DNA of 64,000 nt from Fimicolochytrium jonesii. Its lineage: Eukaryota. The notes beneath the pieces were generated by a model. It made no database searches. It had not been told where the DNA came from and worked only from the letters and a program-made list of their open reading frames with translations. How positions within the stretch are numbered: the first letter of the stretch is position 1; each line of letters starts with the position of its first letter. This document shows, piece after piece, positions 48,554 through 62,368 of the stretch. The stretch spans positions 372,001-436,000 of the forward strand of contig NW_026515675.1 of the NCBI RefSeq assembly GCF_025526975.1, written 5' to 3'. A program made the position numbers and the translations under genes.

Positions 48554-51500
48554 GCACTCAGAGACGTCTTGGGCAACTTGAGGGGGTCTCAGAAGGTGCT
48601 TTGGATGCCCCAGCACATAGCTAGATCCACAGGAAAGAAGCTCCAGAATCCTATAAAAGGCAGACATGTTGCCCATCCCCTCCCTTCACTTTACCCTCTG
48701 CAATACACATCTTTCTCTTGCACAACTCTAGCTACAGTACTCTCTACTACATCACAACACTGTCCTTTGGGTAGCCACATCATCTATTCCTTGGCAACCG
48801 GTCTTAGTGACCTCTCAGATACACCTATATCTGCTAAGGTTTCAATAGGCTATGAGCCCTGAGCTTTATCATCACTAAAACCGGCTTCACCAACCTTATG
48901 CAAGATGCCTGAAACCCGCTACCGTTGCAACTTACGCTCCATCATCGATATATCCTCCCGAAATCACCAAGTTTCGACCAAAAATGCGCCAAAGTGCTCC
49001 ACTTGATAAGATACGCACTACTTGACACCCAAAATGCATCCAACGATACAACCTCATCAGAAACACGTCCCCACACTTGAAACAGATGAATCCAGCTTGA
49101 AGGCACACATACACGATGGCTTGAGACTCAGAGACTTCGAAACTTACGGTGGACAAGTTCACGAGGGAGAACTATCATCTATGGAAGTTTAGGATGATGA
49201 TGATGTTGAAGGCCAAGGGACTTTGGGTGGCGGTGGAGGCTGGAAAGAAGGAGACGGAAGGAAATACAGCTACAGCAATCACGTCGAAGGGAAAGGGGGC
49301 TGCAGGGGTGGAGGAGGAGTCGACGGAGAGGAAGGTCGAACGGGCTTTGGCAAACATCTGCCTCACTCTGAATGATACACGGCTTATGCACGCACGGGGA
49401 AGCCTGGTCTAAGCTAGCTGAGGTGCACAAATGAAAGGGGCCTGCCAGCAAGCCCTTCCTACGTCGAATGTTCCTTTACATCACCATGGACGAATCAGAG
49501 TTGATCACAAACCATATCAACAAAGTCAGACAGCTTGCACAACAGCTGGAGGCTATTGGTGCACCAGTACCCAAAGATGATATCATGACTACCTTGATAT
49601 ATAGCTTACCAAACAGCCATGAGCAATTCATCCCGAGCCTGGAAAGCAGGGCGGATGACTTAGACATGGAGCTCTTGATGGCCAGGCTTGTCAACGAGGA
49701 AGCTAGGCGCAAGGATTACTCGAACCCAGTAAGATTGATTGGAAACGCCTTCGTTGGGGATGGAGGGCAGGAGCAGGAGGCTGGGGGCTCAGCTCGGTTC
49801 GCCAGGAAGAAGGGAAAGCACCCTCAGGGCGACTGGGGCCTTGAAGGGCATTGGAAGAACGAGTGCAAGAAGCTCAAACGAGAGCTAGTTCAAGCCAACA
49901 ATGCGAGTCAAGTCAAGTCACAACAGACTGGCCAGGGAATGGCAGCTGCTAAACGGACCGAAACCAGCCCAGAGTGCTGGATTATCGATCAGGAGTCTCA
50001 CCTCACATGATGCATGTCGAGGAATGGCTGCACAACTACAATACGCTGGACACCAAGATCCAGGTCCAGCTAGCTGACAACTGGTCCGTTCTAGCTATCG
50101 GAACAGGCTCCATTACGATCAGAACACATGGGGAGCACACTGGCACCTTTTGAAACGTCTGGTTGGTTCCCAAACTCGAGAAAAACCTCATCTCGGTAGC
50201 CCAGCTGATTGACAATGGAGCACAAGTTGAGTTCTCAAGTGCAGAGTGCCCAATCAAGACTATCTCGCCTTCAGAGCTATCAAAGAGAACGGTCTCTACG
50301 CCATGAAGGCACAAGCTATCCCTGAACACGCCTACTCGGCAGGAGCACTTGGCAGCACGCCTTTTCATATCTGGCATCAGAGACTTGGTCATCTGAATGC
50401 CCAAGATCTCCAGAAGCTCACCAACTGCTACCAACGGAACTCAGAGCCACCGGACACCCTGATGGTCACATCTGCGGAGTCTGCACGCTCTCCAAGCAGT
50501 CCAGAGCTCCCTCCCCAAAGAAACAAGCTACCCAAGCCACAGAAGTCCTGGCACTCGTCCACACTGACCTATGTGGCCCCATGAGGACGTCTAGCTTTGG
50601 GGGATGTACCTACTTCGCATCATGGATTAATGACAAGTCCAGAATCATCTGGGTCAAGCTTCTAAGCAAGAAAAGCGATACCTTTGATGCCTGGGAGGAA
50701 TACAAGGCTCTTATGGAGAAACGGACTGGGAAATCAGTCAAAGTCCTCAGATTGGACAAAGGAGGTGAATACGAATCCACCGGCACTCAGAAGAGCTGGA
50801 ATCCAACACCAGCGCGCTGCTACCGACACCCCACAGCAGAATGGAGTAGGGGAGCATATGAATCGAACCCTAGTCGAAATGGCATGATGCCTACTCAGCC
50901 AGGCTGGTCTTGGACATGAATACTGGGGAGAAGCCCTGCTCGCAGCCATGCACATTCGAAATTGATACCCTACAGCTGCCCTAGACAACTTCAAGACGCC
51001 GTACAGAGCATTCTTCGGTCCCAAGCCCATCCTCCTTCATCAGATGATCATATGGATCAAGACATGTCAGCTCGCTCCTGTGACAGCTTAGCGAGCTTTG
51101 AATTCGACCCAGAACCTGACAACACTGCTGCACGCGCACCCAAGTCCACAGGCAACACTGAATCACGCTTGCACGCTGCAGAGGGGGATTCTGAGCTTCT
51201 GACGCTTCGCCCAACCCACAACCGGACACAAATCAATGGGCAGAGACCTCAGAGGATCTAGATGACCAGGAAGAACCTCAAGACGATGAATTGGTGCAGT
51301 ACAGACGCATCACACGCTCTCAGAGCACTCGAATTCGACAAAGCAACCTGGCCTATGCTCTCGCAACCGAAGTACATGCACACAGAGCCCAACACATTCA
51401 AGCAGGCACTCAACTCCAATGATTCAACAAGGTGGAAGGAAGCTATGGACGCTGAATACGACTCCCTAGTCAAGAATGGGATTTGGGAGCTCTGCCCAGC

Positions 51501-52331
51501 ACCCAGAGATCGCAACCTCATCGGCTGCAAGTGGGTGTACGAGATCAAGACAAATGCTGATGGCGGTATCGAACATTACAAGGCCAGACTTGTCGCCCAA
51601 GGCTTCTCACAAGAAGAGGGAGTTAACTACAATGAAACCTTCGCCCCAGTAGCCAAGTTCGACATCATTAGACTCCTGCTCTCATGGGGAGCAGCGCAAG
51701 ACCTCAAAATGGACCAGATGGAGGTATCCACCACATTCCTGAATCCAACACTCAGTGAGCAAATCTATATGAAGCAGCCACCGGGCTACATCAAGCCAGG
51801 AGAAGAGCCTCTTGTGCTCAAGCTCAAGAAGGCCCTCTATGGTCTGAAACAAGCTCCAAGGGAATGGAACATCGAAATCCACAGCACACACACCTAGAAA
51901 GGCTTCACACGCCTTGATTCAGACCACCGCATCTACGTCAGGCTCTTTAAGGGATGGGTACTCATCCTGATCCTCTACGTCAATGATCTGATACTTGTGA
52001 GCAACAAGAGACTCAACCTCGACCACTCCAAGGCCAAGGTACTTCAGAAGGCATATGATATGCGTGACCTTGGTGCTCTACACTACTTCCTGGGCCTTCT
52101 AGCCACCAGAGACCAAGCCAAACGACTCTCGATGCCCAACCAGACTGGGTACATCGAAAAATGCCTCGAAACGTACGGCATGGTCGATTGCAAGCCGGTA
52201 GCCACACCCAGTGTTGTAGGAAGCCCTCTCACCAAATAAAAGATACCCCAGACGCCCGAAGAGACTGCAGAGACGCACGACAAACCCTATCGAGCCATTA
52301 TAGGCTGTCTGATCTATGCGATCATCGGGAC
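48554..52331 (+). mobile_element. Third, more degenerate Copia copy (partial 5' LTR 48554-48847, gag to RT)
   Basis: Right half of the LTR ending CAATA, PBS GGCTATGAGCCC, and fragmented gag/INT/RT (KARLVAQG, LKKALYGLKQAPREW). Cut off at 52331. Confidence 0.88.
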
Positions 52332-53580
52332 TGTAATGTCAGAGGAAACTTGGATGATAATGGGCCCTTCCGAGAGTGTATTGAAGTGAAGGAAAAAGGA
52401 AGAAGTCCTTCGCAGCGGCTGCTCGACTGACAGCTTTATATATGAGCTGCCGGTGGGGCTTGCGTGGTTTCGAGGAGGCTTAGAGCCTTATGTATTGTAT
52501 CACCGTGAGCTTGGGTGGCCAGCCTGAGTCTCGGATCATGTAGAAGTAAAGAAGTATAATATGAAACACAAGTGAATATGAGATATCCCGACACCTCACT
52601 CAGATCCTGAGGAGGGTGCCAAAGAAAATAAGAGGTGAACTACGAGGGATATGTGAAGAAAAGGGCGAGCTCATGTTCATTTTATAGTGTTGACGCTCTG
52701 TGTGATGTGTTTGTTTGAAACAAAGGTGTCCCTAAGCTGACGTCATATGTGATATGTGTAGGGTTGGTTCTGGCATCGCCACGCGTGATATGATGAAGTT
52801 TACTTCGCTAATGACAGCGGTGTGATTGATATGCGGTTCTTGCGGCGTTGCGCATGTGATGTGATATGGAATGATCAGTTCTTGCATCGTCGCGTGGGTC
52901 TAATGCATTTACGCTGTTTGTTTCCATAGGACCACAGAGCGTGAGTGTGTTCTACGCCATTGTTTGTAGGCAGGCGTTTGACGAAGTGCAGATTCAGGGT
53001 CCCATGTCGGGTCAGGATAGCCGGTCCATTTGACTGGAAGATTTTGTACGGCGCGTCGCTCGTCGATAATATCTTCTACAACCCATTCCGGTTGTCCGCG
53101 TTCTTCGATTGATTCAGGAGGTTGTGGAACAGCACGTTGCGGGTATTCCTCTTTGCGATGTGGTCGTAAAATGTCGACGTGAAAGACAGGCCAAATGCCG
53201 CTGATCTTTGATGGTGATAAATCGAGTTCGTAGGTATCGGGATGCGTTCCGAGTGCGATAATTTTGAATGGTCCGATCCACGTAGCTGAGAATCGAAGTC
53301 CTTTTCGTTTGTCAACTTCTAGGTTGATACCTTGTTGATGTAAATCAACCAGGTCGCCGATCTTATAGGTGACTGGCGTTCGACCTTGGTCGTGTTGACG
53401 TGCGAATTGATCTTGGGATCTCTGTAGGTTTTCGCGTATGATACGGGCGATATCTTCCTGCCCTCTCTTTACGTAGAGTTCGATTTTGTTTCGATGCACA
53501 GCTCGCGTGAAAGTGACCAGGTTGACGGCGTACGAGGAGATGAGGAGATTCAAGGGGAGATCAGTATTTGTGCGCATATG
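52332..53580 (-). mobile_element. 3' fragment of another Gypsy chromovirus (integrase tail, chromodomain, probable LTR)
   Basis: WIGPFKII..TYELDL..PVFHVDIL..EWVVEDII..VKWTGYPDPTWDPE in ORF 52909-53679. TGTAATG at 52332 abuts the broken Copia. The inner LTR boundary is uncertain. Confidence 0.7.
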
Positions 53581-53843
53581 ACCAGCGTGATCAGTAGTAG
53601 GATAGAGACACCCCCCCCTCCCCCCTCCCCCCCCCACTATAAAAAGGATTCCACTGGCGTAGATTAGGAGGCATTTCACGGCTATAGACTGGACCCTGAG
53701 TTTGTACCATAAGAGCCCATTGACCCAACTGACTAGCGTACCTACGACTAGCAGTATGGGGTTGCCAATATACGGAGTACGCCGAAGCGTGTCTGCTTGT
53801 GTGGTGAGAATTGGGATTTAGTTGGTCTCTGCCTTTTACCTTG

Positions 53844-53934
53844 CACCCAGTCCGTCTACAATACCTTACAGCAAAGTAGCTATTGTATACGAACATCAGT
53901 TATACAACCCGTGTGGAAGGTAGTCCACATCACA
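53844..53934 (+). repeat. Terminal fragment of a Gypsy A LTR, opposite orientation
   Basis: Reverse complement of ~13763-13853, ending ACATCACA. Confidence 0.8.
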
Positions 53935-54431
53935 GACAGACCATACGCCAATACGGGAGTTTCTTCCTATCTTTGCTTTACGAACTCGACTAGTTGAACA
54001 AGCACATCGCGACCGTTGCCACCGAATTGACCCGTACACACGAGGATCTTTGGCGATGAAGCGGACCTTCATGGGGTTCGGGTCTCTCTTGTTCTTGCAT
54101 TTCCTTTCTGCACCCCTCTGTGTTTGAAACTGGCCCCCAAAGGGAGGAATTGCGGGCTGTGACCCCCGTCTCTACAGTGAGGTGAAAGATAAGGAGAGCC
54201 TGAGCCCAAGTTGAAATACGGCTACGGACTCACGGAGGTGTCAACCTTTGAACACCCACCCTTTCTTTTGACAGCAAACTTGACTGTTGCAAAATGCTGT
54301 CAACACGGCAAAGTCCATCTTGTTGAGGAGCCAAATCCTGCTGCCGGTGTCGCCCACCTGCCCAGAGAAGCAGGTGTGGACGAATAAGAGCCAAGGGAAA
54401 ATACAAGATTGCCCCATACGGGCTGTCCTCA

Positions 54432-56585
54432 GTGGAAGCGCATCGAGAGAAGTTCCTTGCGTCCTGCTCCTATCACCCTCCGTTCTCCTTCGCAGCATGC
54501 CGCGGACTACTCATACCACCGCGTCCCTTCACGGGAGCTCATGAACACCGTCCTCAGACAGACGTGGTAAGAAAGATTTTCGACGCCGGGTGCGCCGTGC
54601 CCTTTGGGTTCACTTGCCCGCGAGAGGACAAACCGCTCATCACACGCGAGGCCGTGCGTGCCGGCGCTTGGGATATCCTGAGGGAACTGCTGTGGAGAGG
54701 CCTTGATGACGGCGACCTTTCCACCTGGCTGAACGATAAGGCGGTATCCCACTCGGACGAGGTTACCGTGTTGGTGGAGGAGATTTTGGAGAAACGGTAT
54801 TACCACCTACGCGATTTCCCGGATCTTGCGTATTTGTTGGGCGATAGCACAAAGACGCTGAACATGATCAAAACGCGCCCATTCGACTAGGAGGATGCCA
54901 TCCCGTCCGCAACGGTGAGAGGTCAATTGGATCTACTCGAATCTAGTGGAAAAATGCATCAACCCGGAGGGACAATGGCGGTGTGCAATGAAGTGGGCGG
55001 GAACGGCAGGAAGCTCTGAACGAAGTTGAACGAGCTACACCTTTAGGTTATGCGCTGCACATAAGGAATTTGGATTTAGCTCAACTCTGGGTCGATCATG
55101 GCTGAATTGACAGATGATCTCGTTGCGACTTATAAATCTTTGATCTTTCCGACGATTCGATGGCGGCTGAGCAGGCGTCCTTCTTGAAACCTTTCTTGAG
55201 GGGCCCCACGTCGGAAGGGTTCACCACCGCGCTCGAGCAGATTGCGTGGGCCGGTCACACGATGGTAGTGCGGTCCCTTTTTGAGCGTTTCGGCGATACC
55301 ACTCCGAAAAAGGCGGTTGTGGTTACTCTGGAAGCCGCGGCTTCCGCTCGCCGCGAGGAGACTATATTGGTATTGCTCAAGAGAGTCGGCGAACGAATGC
55401 AGGACCGAGATCCCGCCGTTCTTTTGTGGGTATGGCTGGAATGCCCTAGAGATAATGCGGAGCATCATGGCAAGCTGAGTCACCAAGTATTGTCTCTGGC
55501 GAAACACTGGGTTCAGAGGGTTCAGACGTCAACGCGGCAGCATGGTCGTTGGCGGGCTTGCCATCTATGGTCGTTCAGTTGATTGGTGCATGGTCACATT
55601 CGCAGCCATAATACGCCGTACGCCACAGGAAGGGACGAATAAAAGCATATGGGCCGAAGCCTTGGAGCGCTGCTCTTTGACGGATTGTGCGATGACCGAC
55701 CAAACCGCGATCATACGGGCATGCGATATGCTTTGCTCCGCGCTCGGCGCCGCTGAGCGCGATGATACTGCAGAATACGATAGTGTGGTTCACTGTCTCC
55801 GGGGTCTGTTCGCGAGCTGCAAGGAAGGCGACAATTCCCGATGGTTTCTTTCTGACATACTTCCGGAGGAGACCGTCAGGCAGGCTTGATCTCCTTCGGA
55901 TATTACTCCGTGGAGTTGTCGAGACCAACGATCAAAGCGACCCACGTGATAGCTGGGACACCACCGTGAGTGATCCCTGGGGAGAGAGACCCATCCGAAG
56001 GGGAGAGGATGGCGGCCGGCGAAAGAGGTGCGCAGCAGCTCTTACTAGCCATCAAGGCAAAGAACGTGCGTTCCGTGCGCTTCCTCGTTCCGACGGCGTT
56101 TCGCCGACAGTCCCGGCGACAACATTTCTGAGTAGAGGCAAGGGTGCAGAAGCGCCAGACTGACCATGATGTCATCTCATCCGTGGGAAGCCGCGTTTCT
56201 GTCAGCGATGAAGGACCCGGATGAAATCTTAACCGCCCTATTGGACTGGGATGGATTTCGCGACAAGTCCGACGGCGGGGATATTGTACCCCAATGGAAC
56301 GATCGAGCCGAGAACTTTTTTGCTGAATGCCTTGAACAAGCCGCACGAGAAAATAGTCTTCCGGTTGTTCGAATGTTGCGAATAGGAACACCTGTTCCGG
56401 ACCATACGCTCTATAGCTTGCTGGCGAAGTGCGAGCCAGTAACGCTGGAGGTTCTGTTGGACGAAGAATCACGAACACATTCGGACACCGACGAGGGCCA
56501 CACCATGCCCGCGAATGCTACATATGGGAAGGACGCAGCAGCAGTCGCAGCAAGTAGGGTGTTACCCTCTCAAGGCCGCTGTTGA
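54432..56585 (+). pseudogene. Fragmented ankyrin-like helical-repeat gene
   Basis: Consecutive broken ORFs with LEQIAWAGHTMVVRSLF, LEAAASARREETILVLL and LEQAARENSLPVVRML; several stops and frameshifts. Confidence 0.45.
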
Positions 56586-58238
56586 CCCCGCCGTTCCTAC
56601 CCCAGTGATTAAAAGGCCGCGATGGTGCCACCGGCACGAGACGTTGAATAATTCTGAATACGCTTTCTGTGAGTTCTGCCATGCCACGTGTAGGGCCTGT
56701 CTTTTCGATATGCTCGGGCGATGATGGGTTGCGGTGCGGCCATTATCGCACTGAGCTGAGCAATACGTGTTCCATCGATCCCCCATACGACCGCATTCTT
56801 TTGCCCTTCTCGTGGCTTGGGGTGGCTACATCAATGCCCGACAATGATCGAAGATCGAAGATCACTGCCGCTGTCGCAGCATTGCAGGAATATATAGCAG
56901 AAAATGGCCGAGAAGTATCTGGTGGATGGGTTTGAAGATCTGTCGGATTCGCTGCGTGTACAGCCTTTCGTGTGACTGCCCAGTCGAGGCCGTAATGAGC
57001 CGCGACAGCAGGAACAACCCGCATGGGCGAGGACATAAATTCAAACGTATGCCGTTATAAATCTAAAATAGGAAAACCAATGGATTGCATGAGATGTTCC
57101 GCTTGCATGAGATACCATGCTTTCTCATTCATGAGTTCCAAACATCAGGCCTCTGTGCGAGAGACGGCTCACACAGCAGTTCTGATCAAGGGACCACTCG
57201 CGCCCTTGTACGAGAACGGAAGGGAATAAGAAGGTGCACGGCTTGGTGAGTAACGCAATCATCAAGTACAGGTCTGATAAAGTATGCACCAACTCGAATT
57301 TTGCTCAAATCCTACACAGACGGGATGTACAAACCTTGGCCGCAGACCCTGACACCCAAAAACCCACTTGACACTACAACCAAGACGCCGCTGCCAAGTT
57401 GAATATGGTCAAAATTGTGATAAGCACGATCAACGGACTACCCAGGCCCGCTGCCTTGTCCCGAACAGTACATAATCAAGCCTAAGGTCAAGCAGGAGCG
57501 GTCAAGAAAAGTTACTTCCCGGGACGTTGTCACGCTCCCTTCGGGCATGGGCTTCAGAGTTACGGCTATATATAAGCGTATAGGACACGTAGTATACACT
57601 TAGGAGGTTTAGGAGGTGTTCAATCGGCAGCTTCTGCCGAGTTCATCACAGAATCTTCGAAGATGGTGGATATGGTGTGTCGTCAGCTTCCTGTGAAGGC
57701 TCGACTACGTAAACGGCAAATGCCCATGGGATCAGGGGTCTTAACTTCGCCAACATAACGGACGCGTCAAAGTTGCGTAAGCAAAACGCGTTCCCGAAAT
57801 TTGCAGCGAGACCCTCGTTTTACGCTCGCTGTGGGCCACTTCGCAAGCCTGGCTTCCATTCCCCCTTCGCCCAGCAAACCGCCACGCCGTAAGCTACAGA
57901 AGCGAGAACACGGACAAACTTACATATGCACTCGGCCATCAGTAACTGCGAACCCTTGTTGTGAACTTCCTCGTCCTTCCATGTCTAATCAATGGGCTGC
58001 GCTCCGTTGTGATCAAAACGTCTTCTTGCCCCAAGCTGAACTATAAGGCTTTCTCGCATTCCTACTGTACTTGAGAAGAAAAGTTCTCCAAAAGCCGTGC
58101 TTTCTCCGTCGCGGCCTCTGATTGCAATCCAACACGTTCACGTTTTTGCCGATTTTTCTGTGTGCTGGCACCATTCTACCGACGAACCTCATAGGTAACA
58201 AGCTGTCAAGACCATAATTTCTCAGATCACTCCTAGCC

Positions 58239-60284
58239 ATGGCCATGTTGGCTCCAGATCCAGCGTTGTCCGCGGCCGAAGCGCTGGTCAGTTTCCATTC
58301 AGCCCCGTTCATCGCATCCTCGCCACACCCGGTGGGCGAGCAGATTGGCCTCGCAACGGCCACTGCAGCTCAGCAACCTGGCCCTCGTGAAGACATGAAG
58401 CCAGTGACCGACAAGCACATCAATTGGGCCGCAACTCAGGCACTCCTCGCACGAGGCACTGCCGCTGCCTTCAGCCCACCTATCACGAGCAGACAGCGGG
58501 CGTTACTGAACGAGCGCATCATGAATTGGCAGGCATCGCTCCCACCCCCTGAAGCCATGCAAGCGATGGCCAAATCATTCCGTGAAGAAGAGGAAGCAAT
58601 GCGCCTTGGCCTTGGCCTTGCGCCTGTTGACGCTCTCACCGAAGATATGGCTGGAAGGTTTACGAACTTGAGGAGCGACTTGATGGCTGTCGATGGCTCC
58701 ACGGACTTGGACATGTACCTCTTATCGACTTACGACATCCATGCGCCATCATACAAAGAACCCGAAGAGCGTGCGCAGAAGGTTCGCAACGTCAGGGCTC
58801 GCAAGTATGGAGCTGCAGGCGGCTCGTCTGGACAAGCTGGACCATCGGCTCGAAAGAAAGTCGGACAGTCTATCAAACTCAAGCCTCTGAATGAGGTCAA
58901 CTTGAAGAGAACCATCAAGCAGCAGAGAGAACATAATGTGGAGAGAGTGCCATTGCCGTCCATTCGAGCAATCCTGGCAGGAAAGTCACAAGGTCCCTCA
59001 ACATCTGCATTCGAAAGTGCACAAGCAGGGGCCGCGCCAGCAGCAGGACCCAGTAGTACCCGCGCTGTCTCGCCAACGTCCGTTCAATCAGGCAGGCATG
59101 GCTCACGTTTCGACGCAGCTGCCGCCGCCCAGCCTTACCTCCCGCCTCCTTTGACCCATGGAAAGATCATTTCGGACGCTCCTAATGGTCGCATGCACCT
59201 ACCGCGCGGACATCCTGGTCGCCTGGCGAACCCTCAACGACATGAACAGGATAATCTGGGCCAAGTATCCTCGACCAATGCAAAAACTCCCATGGCATAT
59301 GACAACGATGATGATGATCTCATGGTGGTGTCAGCCTACACGCCGCCAACGGTTCAAGGCGCACGAAGCTCTCAACGACGTGGCAGTAACGGTGACTTTG
59401 AGTCTTCGCCACCTTCCAAGCGGATTGCCTTGCGCCACGGTCCTTCAACTGGCACCAGCCCACCTGATGTTGCACTTCCAGTCGATGACATCCTCCATAG
59501 GCAACAAAGTCACATTCATGAGCTACATCAACAGAACTTCTGGCTGCAACAGCAACTACTTGCTCAGACCCATGCGGCGGCAGCAGCAGCGGTCGTCATG
59601 TCGGGCGGAGTGCGTGTGCGCTCACCACATATGGACAGCCAATCTTGCTTGCCGATGATTCCGCACCCTCCGCCACGTATACCCTCCGTCTCAACCTCAC
59701 CAGCATCAGCTCGACGCATGTCGTACAAAGGAAATGCCTACCTTCACAGGGACTATCACCATGCATATCCTCAGCACGTCCCATCATCTGCACATTTACA
59801 TCGCCATAGGCAAATGCTGGCCAACCAGACCGCTGGGTTATCGACGTTGCACCGCAAAAAGCCGTACTCGGTCGCGTTAGACGGGGCTGCCGCTCAACAG
59901 CATAAGCAGGCGACACTTCGAGCGATTAGCGCAACTGGGGGAAGTGTCGCGCCACGTAGTCGCCCGAAAGACAAGAATTTGCGACTCGACGAGACCAACA
60001 TGGCGGGTGCCGAAATGGGTGAGCGACTGGACGAAGCTACAGCAACGAGCCCACCTTTAGCTTCCTTCAGCAGCGAGCAGGCCCCCTCGCAAGACACGGG
60101 CTTGAACCCACCCTCGGCTTATGACCTGCACACCTCTCCCAGCTCTCAGCGCCCACACTTACTGCCCTCTCCAGCTTCGTCATGCAAGCCCCTGTCACCA
60201 AATCACGAATCTCAAGCGCAGACACATATGACGGTCCCGATGGAAAGCACATCGACCCATAATGAAATAACGAGGGTTGAGTAG
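58239..60284 (+). CDS. Hypothetical low-complexity, largely disordered protein (681 aa)
   Basis: Long uninterrupted ORF rich in A/S/P/H/Q; no domain recognised. Confidence 0.65.
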   Translation: MAMLAPDPALSAAEALVSFHSAPFIASSPHPVGEQIGLATATAAQQPGPREDMKPVTDKHINWAATQALLARGTAAAFSPPITSRQRALLNERIMNWQASLPPPEAMQAMAKSFREEEEAMRLGLGLAPVDALTEDMAGRFTNLRSDLMAVDGSTDLDMYLLSTYDIHAPSYKEPEERAQKVRNVRARKYGAAGGSSGQAGPSARKKVGQSIKLKPLNEVNLKRTIKQQREHNVERVPLPSIRAILAGKSQGPSTSAFESAQAGAAPAAGPSSTRAVSPTSVQSGRHGSRFDAAAAAQPYLPPPLTHGKIISDAPNGRMHLPRGHPGRLANPQRHEQDNLGQVSSTNAKTPMAYDNDDDDLMVVSAYTPPTVQGARSSQRRGSNGDFESSPPSKRIALRHGPSTGTSPPDVALPVDDILHRQQSHIHELHQQNFWLQQQLLAQTHAAAAAAVVMSGGVRVRSPHMDSQSCLPMIPHPPPRIPSVSTSPASARRMSYKGNAYLHRDYHHAYPQHVPSSAHLHRHRQMLANQTAGLSTLHRKKPYSVALDGAAAQQHKQATLRAISATGGSVAPRSRPKDKNLRLDETNMAGAEMGERLDEATATSPPLASFSSEQAPSQDTGLNPPSAYDLHTSPSSQRPHLLPSPASSCKPLSPNHESQAQTHMTVPMESTSTHNEITRVE

Positions 60285-60985
60285 GGTGGAAAGCTGGCAC
60301 CGGTCGAGGACAAGAATTGAGATACTTACGGCAGTGCGCACGCGGCGGGAACCGCGGCGACATCATGAAGGAGGGGGCTTTTCAATAGGCAGGAAATACG
60401 TAAGCCCAGGGTCCTTACGTTGCTGGGGAAGTTGTTCAAACAACAGATGCTTGTAACATAAATCGATGCTCTTCGAGCTACTCAATATACGTACAAGCCA
60501 TGTCTTTTTTTGGAATTTGGACTGACATGTTTCCGGATGTGAGAGAAGCATCCCATCATCCCATCCCCATCCCATGCGTCCACGTGACCCTACTACAGTT
60601 TATTGTTTCCTTCCCTACATGTCGGAGTACGCTGGACCTTGTTCTTCTCTTTTTAGTCTTCATCCTGAATGGAGCTTGATAAACGTTGACAATAGATACA
60701 TCATAGAGCTTTCTCTTACATGGTAGCATCCACCAAAGGCAACAACACCGACCAACGAGCAGACCACCTACGTACGAGCCCATCGTTGTCCCAGCGCTTT
60801 GAGTTGATCAGTCGACCACGTTCCCACGCTATTCCGTGAGAACTTAGCACATTTCATAAGTAAACCCGGCGACACACGGAAACCCATCCATCCATCCCGT
60901 CCCGCCAACAATCCATCCATCCGACGACGATCGAACCATCTCCGCACGACCAATCACCTTCCCTACTGTTCTCCGACGCTACAGA

Positions 60986-62368
60986 ATGACCAAACTCGGC
61001 AAGACAAGGTCCCGCACCGTTGTGGTACGTGGTGAAGCCTCCGACGGGCGCCAATTCGAACGTGTAGAAGAGGACGTCGAACGCACGGAGAGGTCTGGCC
61101 TCGACGAGGAAACAGATCTCAGCCGTGCAAACCAGGCGCACGAGGAAGCTATCCCGGAAGAGGACCAGGAAGTCCAGCCGGAGGAAGTCGAGATCGAGGG
61201 CCCTCCCACCCCGCCGGATGATCAGGCAGACGACTCCGACGATAATGACCCGGAACTGCCCACCCGCGCCGAACTCGCCCAACTGTCCAAGCGCCTCTTT
61301 CAGCAGAACCAAGAAATCATGGCCTTGCTCCGACGTCAGACCACGGACGCCAAGATCGCCGCGCAGCCAGTGCTCCCGCCCCGCCCGTATCCGAACCGCA
61401 CCCTGCGCATCGACCCCCAGACCCAGCTTCCTTCGCCGGTCACCCCTGAATCCTTTATCATCCCCGAAACCGCCGTAGCTAAGGATCTGCGCAAGAGTCT
61501 ACACCGCTACGACGGCACACGCGACATCGCTAAATGCAACCAATTCCTCGCTGCGTTCGAACGTTACTTCCGCGCCGCTCCTCCAATGACCGACGTCGGC
61601 AAGATCGAGATGGCTGCGGGCCGTCTAGACGGCCTCGCCGCCACATGGTTCGATCAGGTCGGCTGTCGCGTAGTCGTCACTTGGCAAGATTTCGCAGCGG
61701 CGGTCCGAACTCGTTTTGTCCCCAGCGGTGCAACTGATCAGGCCCGCGACGCTCTCGAGACCCTGAAGCAGTTAACCTCAGTGGACGCTTACTACAAGGA
61801 ATTCCAGAAGCTCCACCTGTCCTGCCCCCAGGTCAGTGACGCGGACGCCGCCAGATACTTTATCCGCGGCCTCAAGGACAAGATTGCAGAGCACATTCTC
61901 GCCCAATCAAATGTCAAGACACTTTCCGTGGATGAGGTCTACGACATCGCCGACCGTCTCGACCGCGCTAGCTACCGCGCCTTCTTGGCCAAGAAAGCAA
62001 AACAAGACCAGGATCCCCGGAACCAAGCCAACCCCTTCGCTTCAAGTGGCACGCCGACCTCCAACTGGCCAGCGAAGCGCGCCTTTCCCCCTGGTGCGGC
62101 TGTTGCCCAGGCCGAAACAAAGAAGAGCCGCTTCGCCAATTGGCCGGCCGCGAAACTAGAACGGTTGACCCCTGAAGAGCGCGCCCGCTGCCTCCGAGAA
62201 GGACTATGCCTAAGGTGCCGTCAACACGGGCACGTCGGATACCTCTGCCCCAACATGCCGCCGCGCCCAGTCGCTGTTCAGAACCTCGAAACCTCGGATG
62301 TCCAAGACCACCACACGACCGAGGGCGATATGATCCATCCCGACCGCCAGATCCCGACGGGTTTTTAA
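60986..62368 (+). CDS. gag: Gypsy C Gag
   Basis: [32 protein letters not shown] and the [14 protein letters not shown] knuckle. Confidence 0.9.
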   Translation: MTKLGKTRSRTVVVRGEASDGRQFERVEEDVERTERSGLDEETDLSRANQAHEEAIPEEDQEVQPEEVEIEGPPTPPDDQADDSDDNDPELPTRAELAQLSKRLFQQNQEIMALLRRQTTDAKIAAQPVLPPRPYPNRTLRIDPQTQLPSPVTPESFIIPETAVAKDLRKSLHRYDGTRDIAKCNQFLAAFERYFRAAPPMTDVGKIEMAAGRLDGLAATWFDQVGCRVVVTWQDFAAAVRTRFVPSGATDQARDALETLKQLTSVDAYYKEFQKLHLSCPQVSDADAARYFIRGLKDKIAEHILAQSNVKTLSVDEVYDIADRLDRASYRAFLAKKAKQDQDPRNQANPFASSGTPTSNWPAKRAFPPGAAVAQAETKKSRFANWPAAKLERLTPEERARCLREGLCLRCRQHGHVGYLCPNMPPRPVAVQNLETSDVQDHHTTEGDMIHPDRQIPTGF

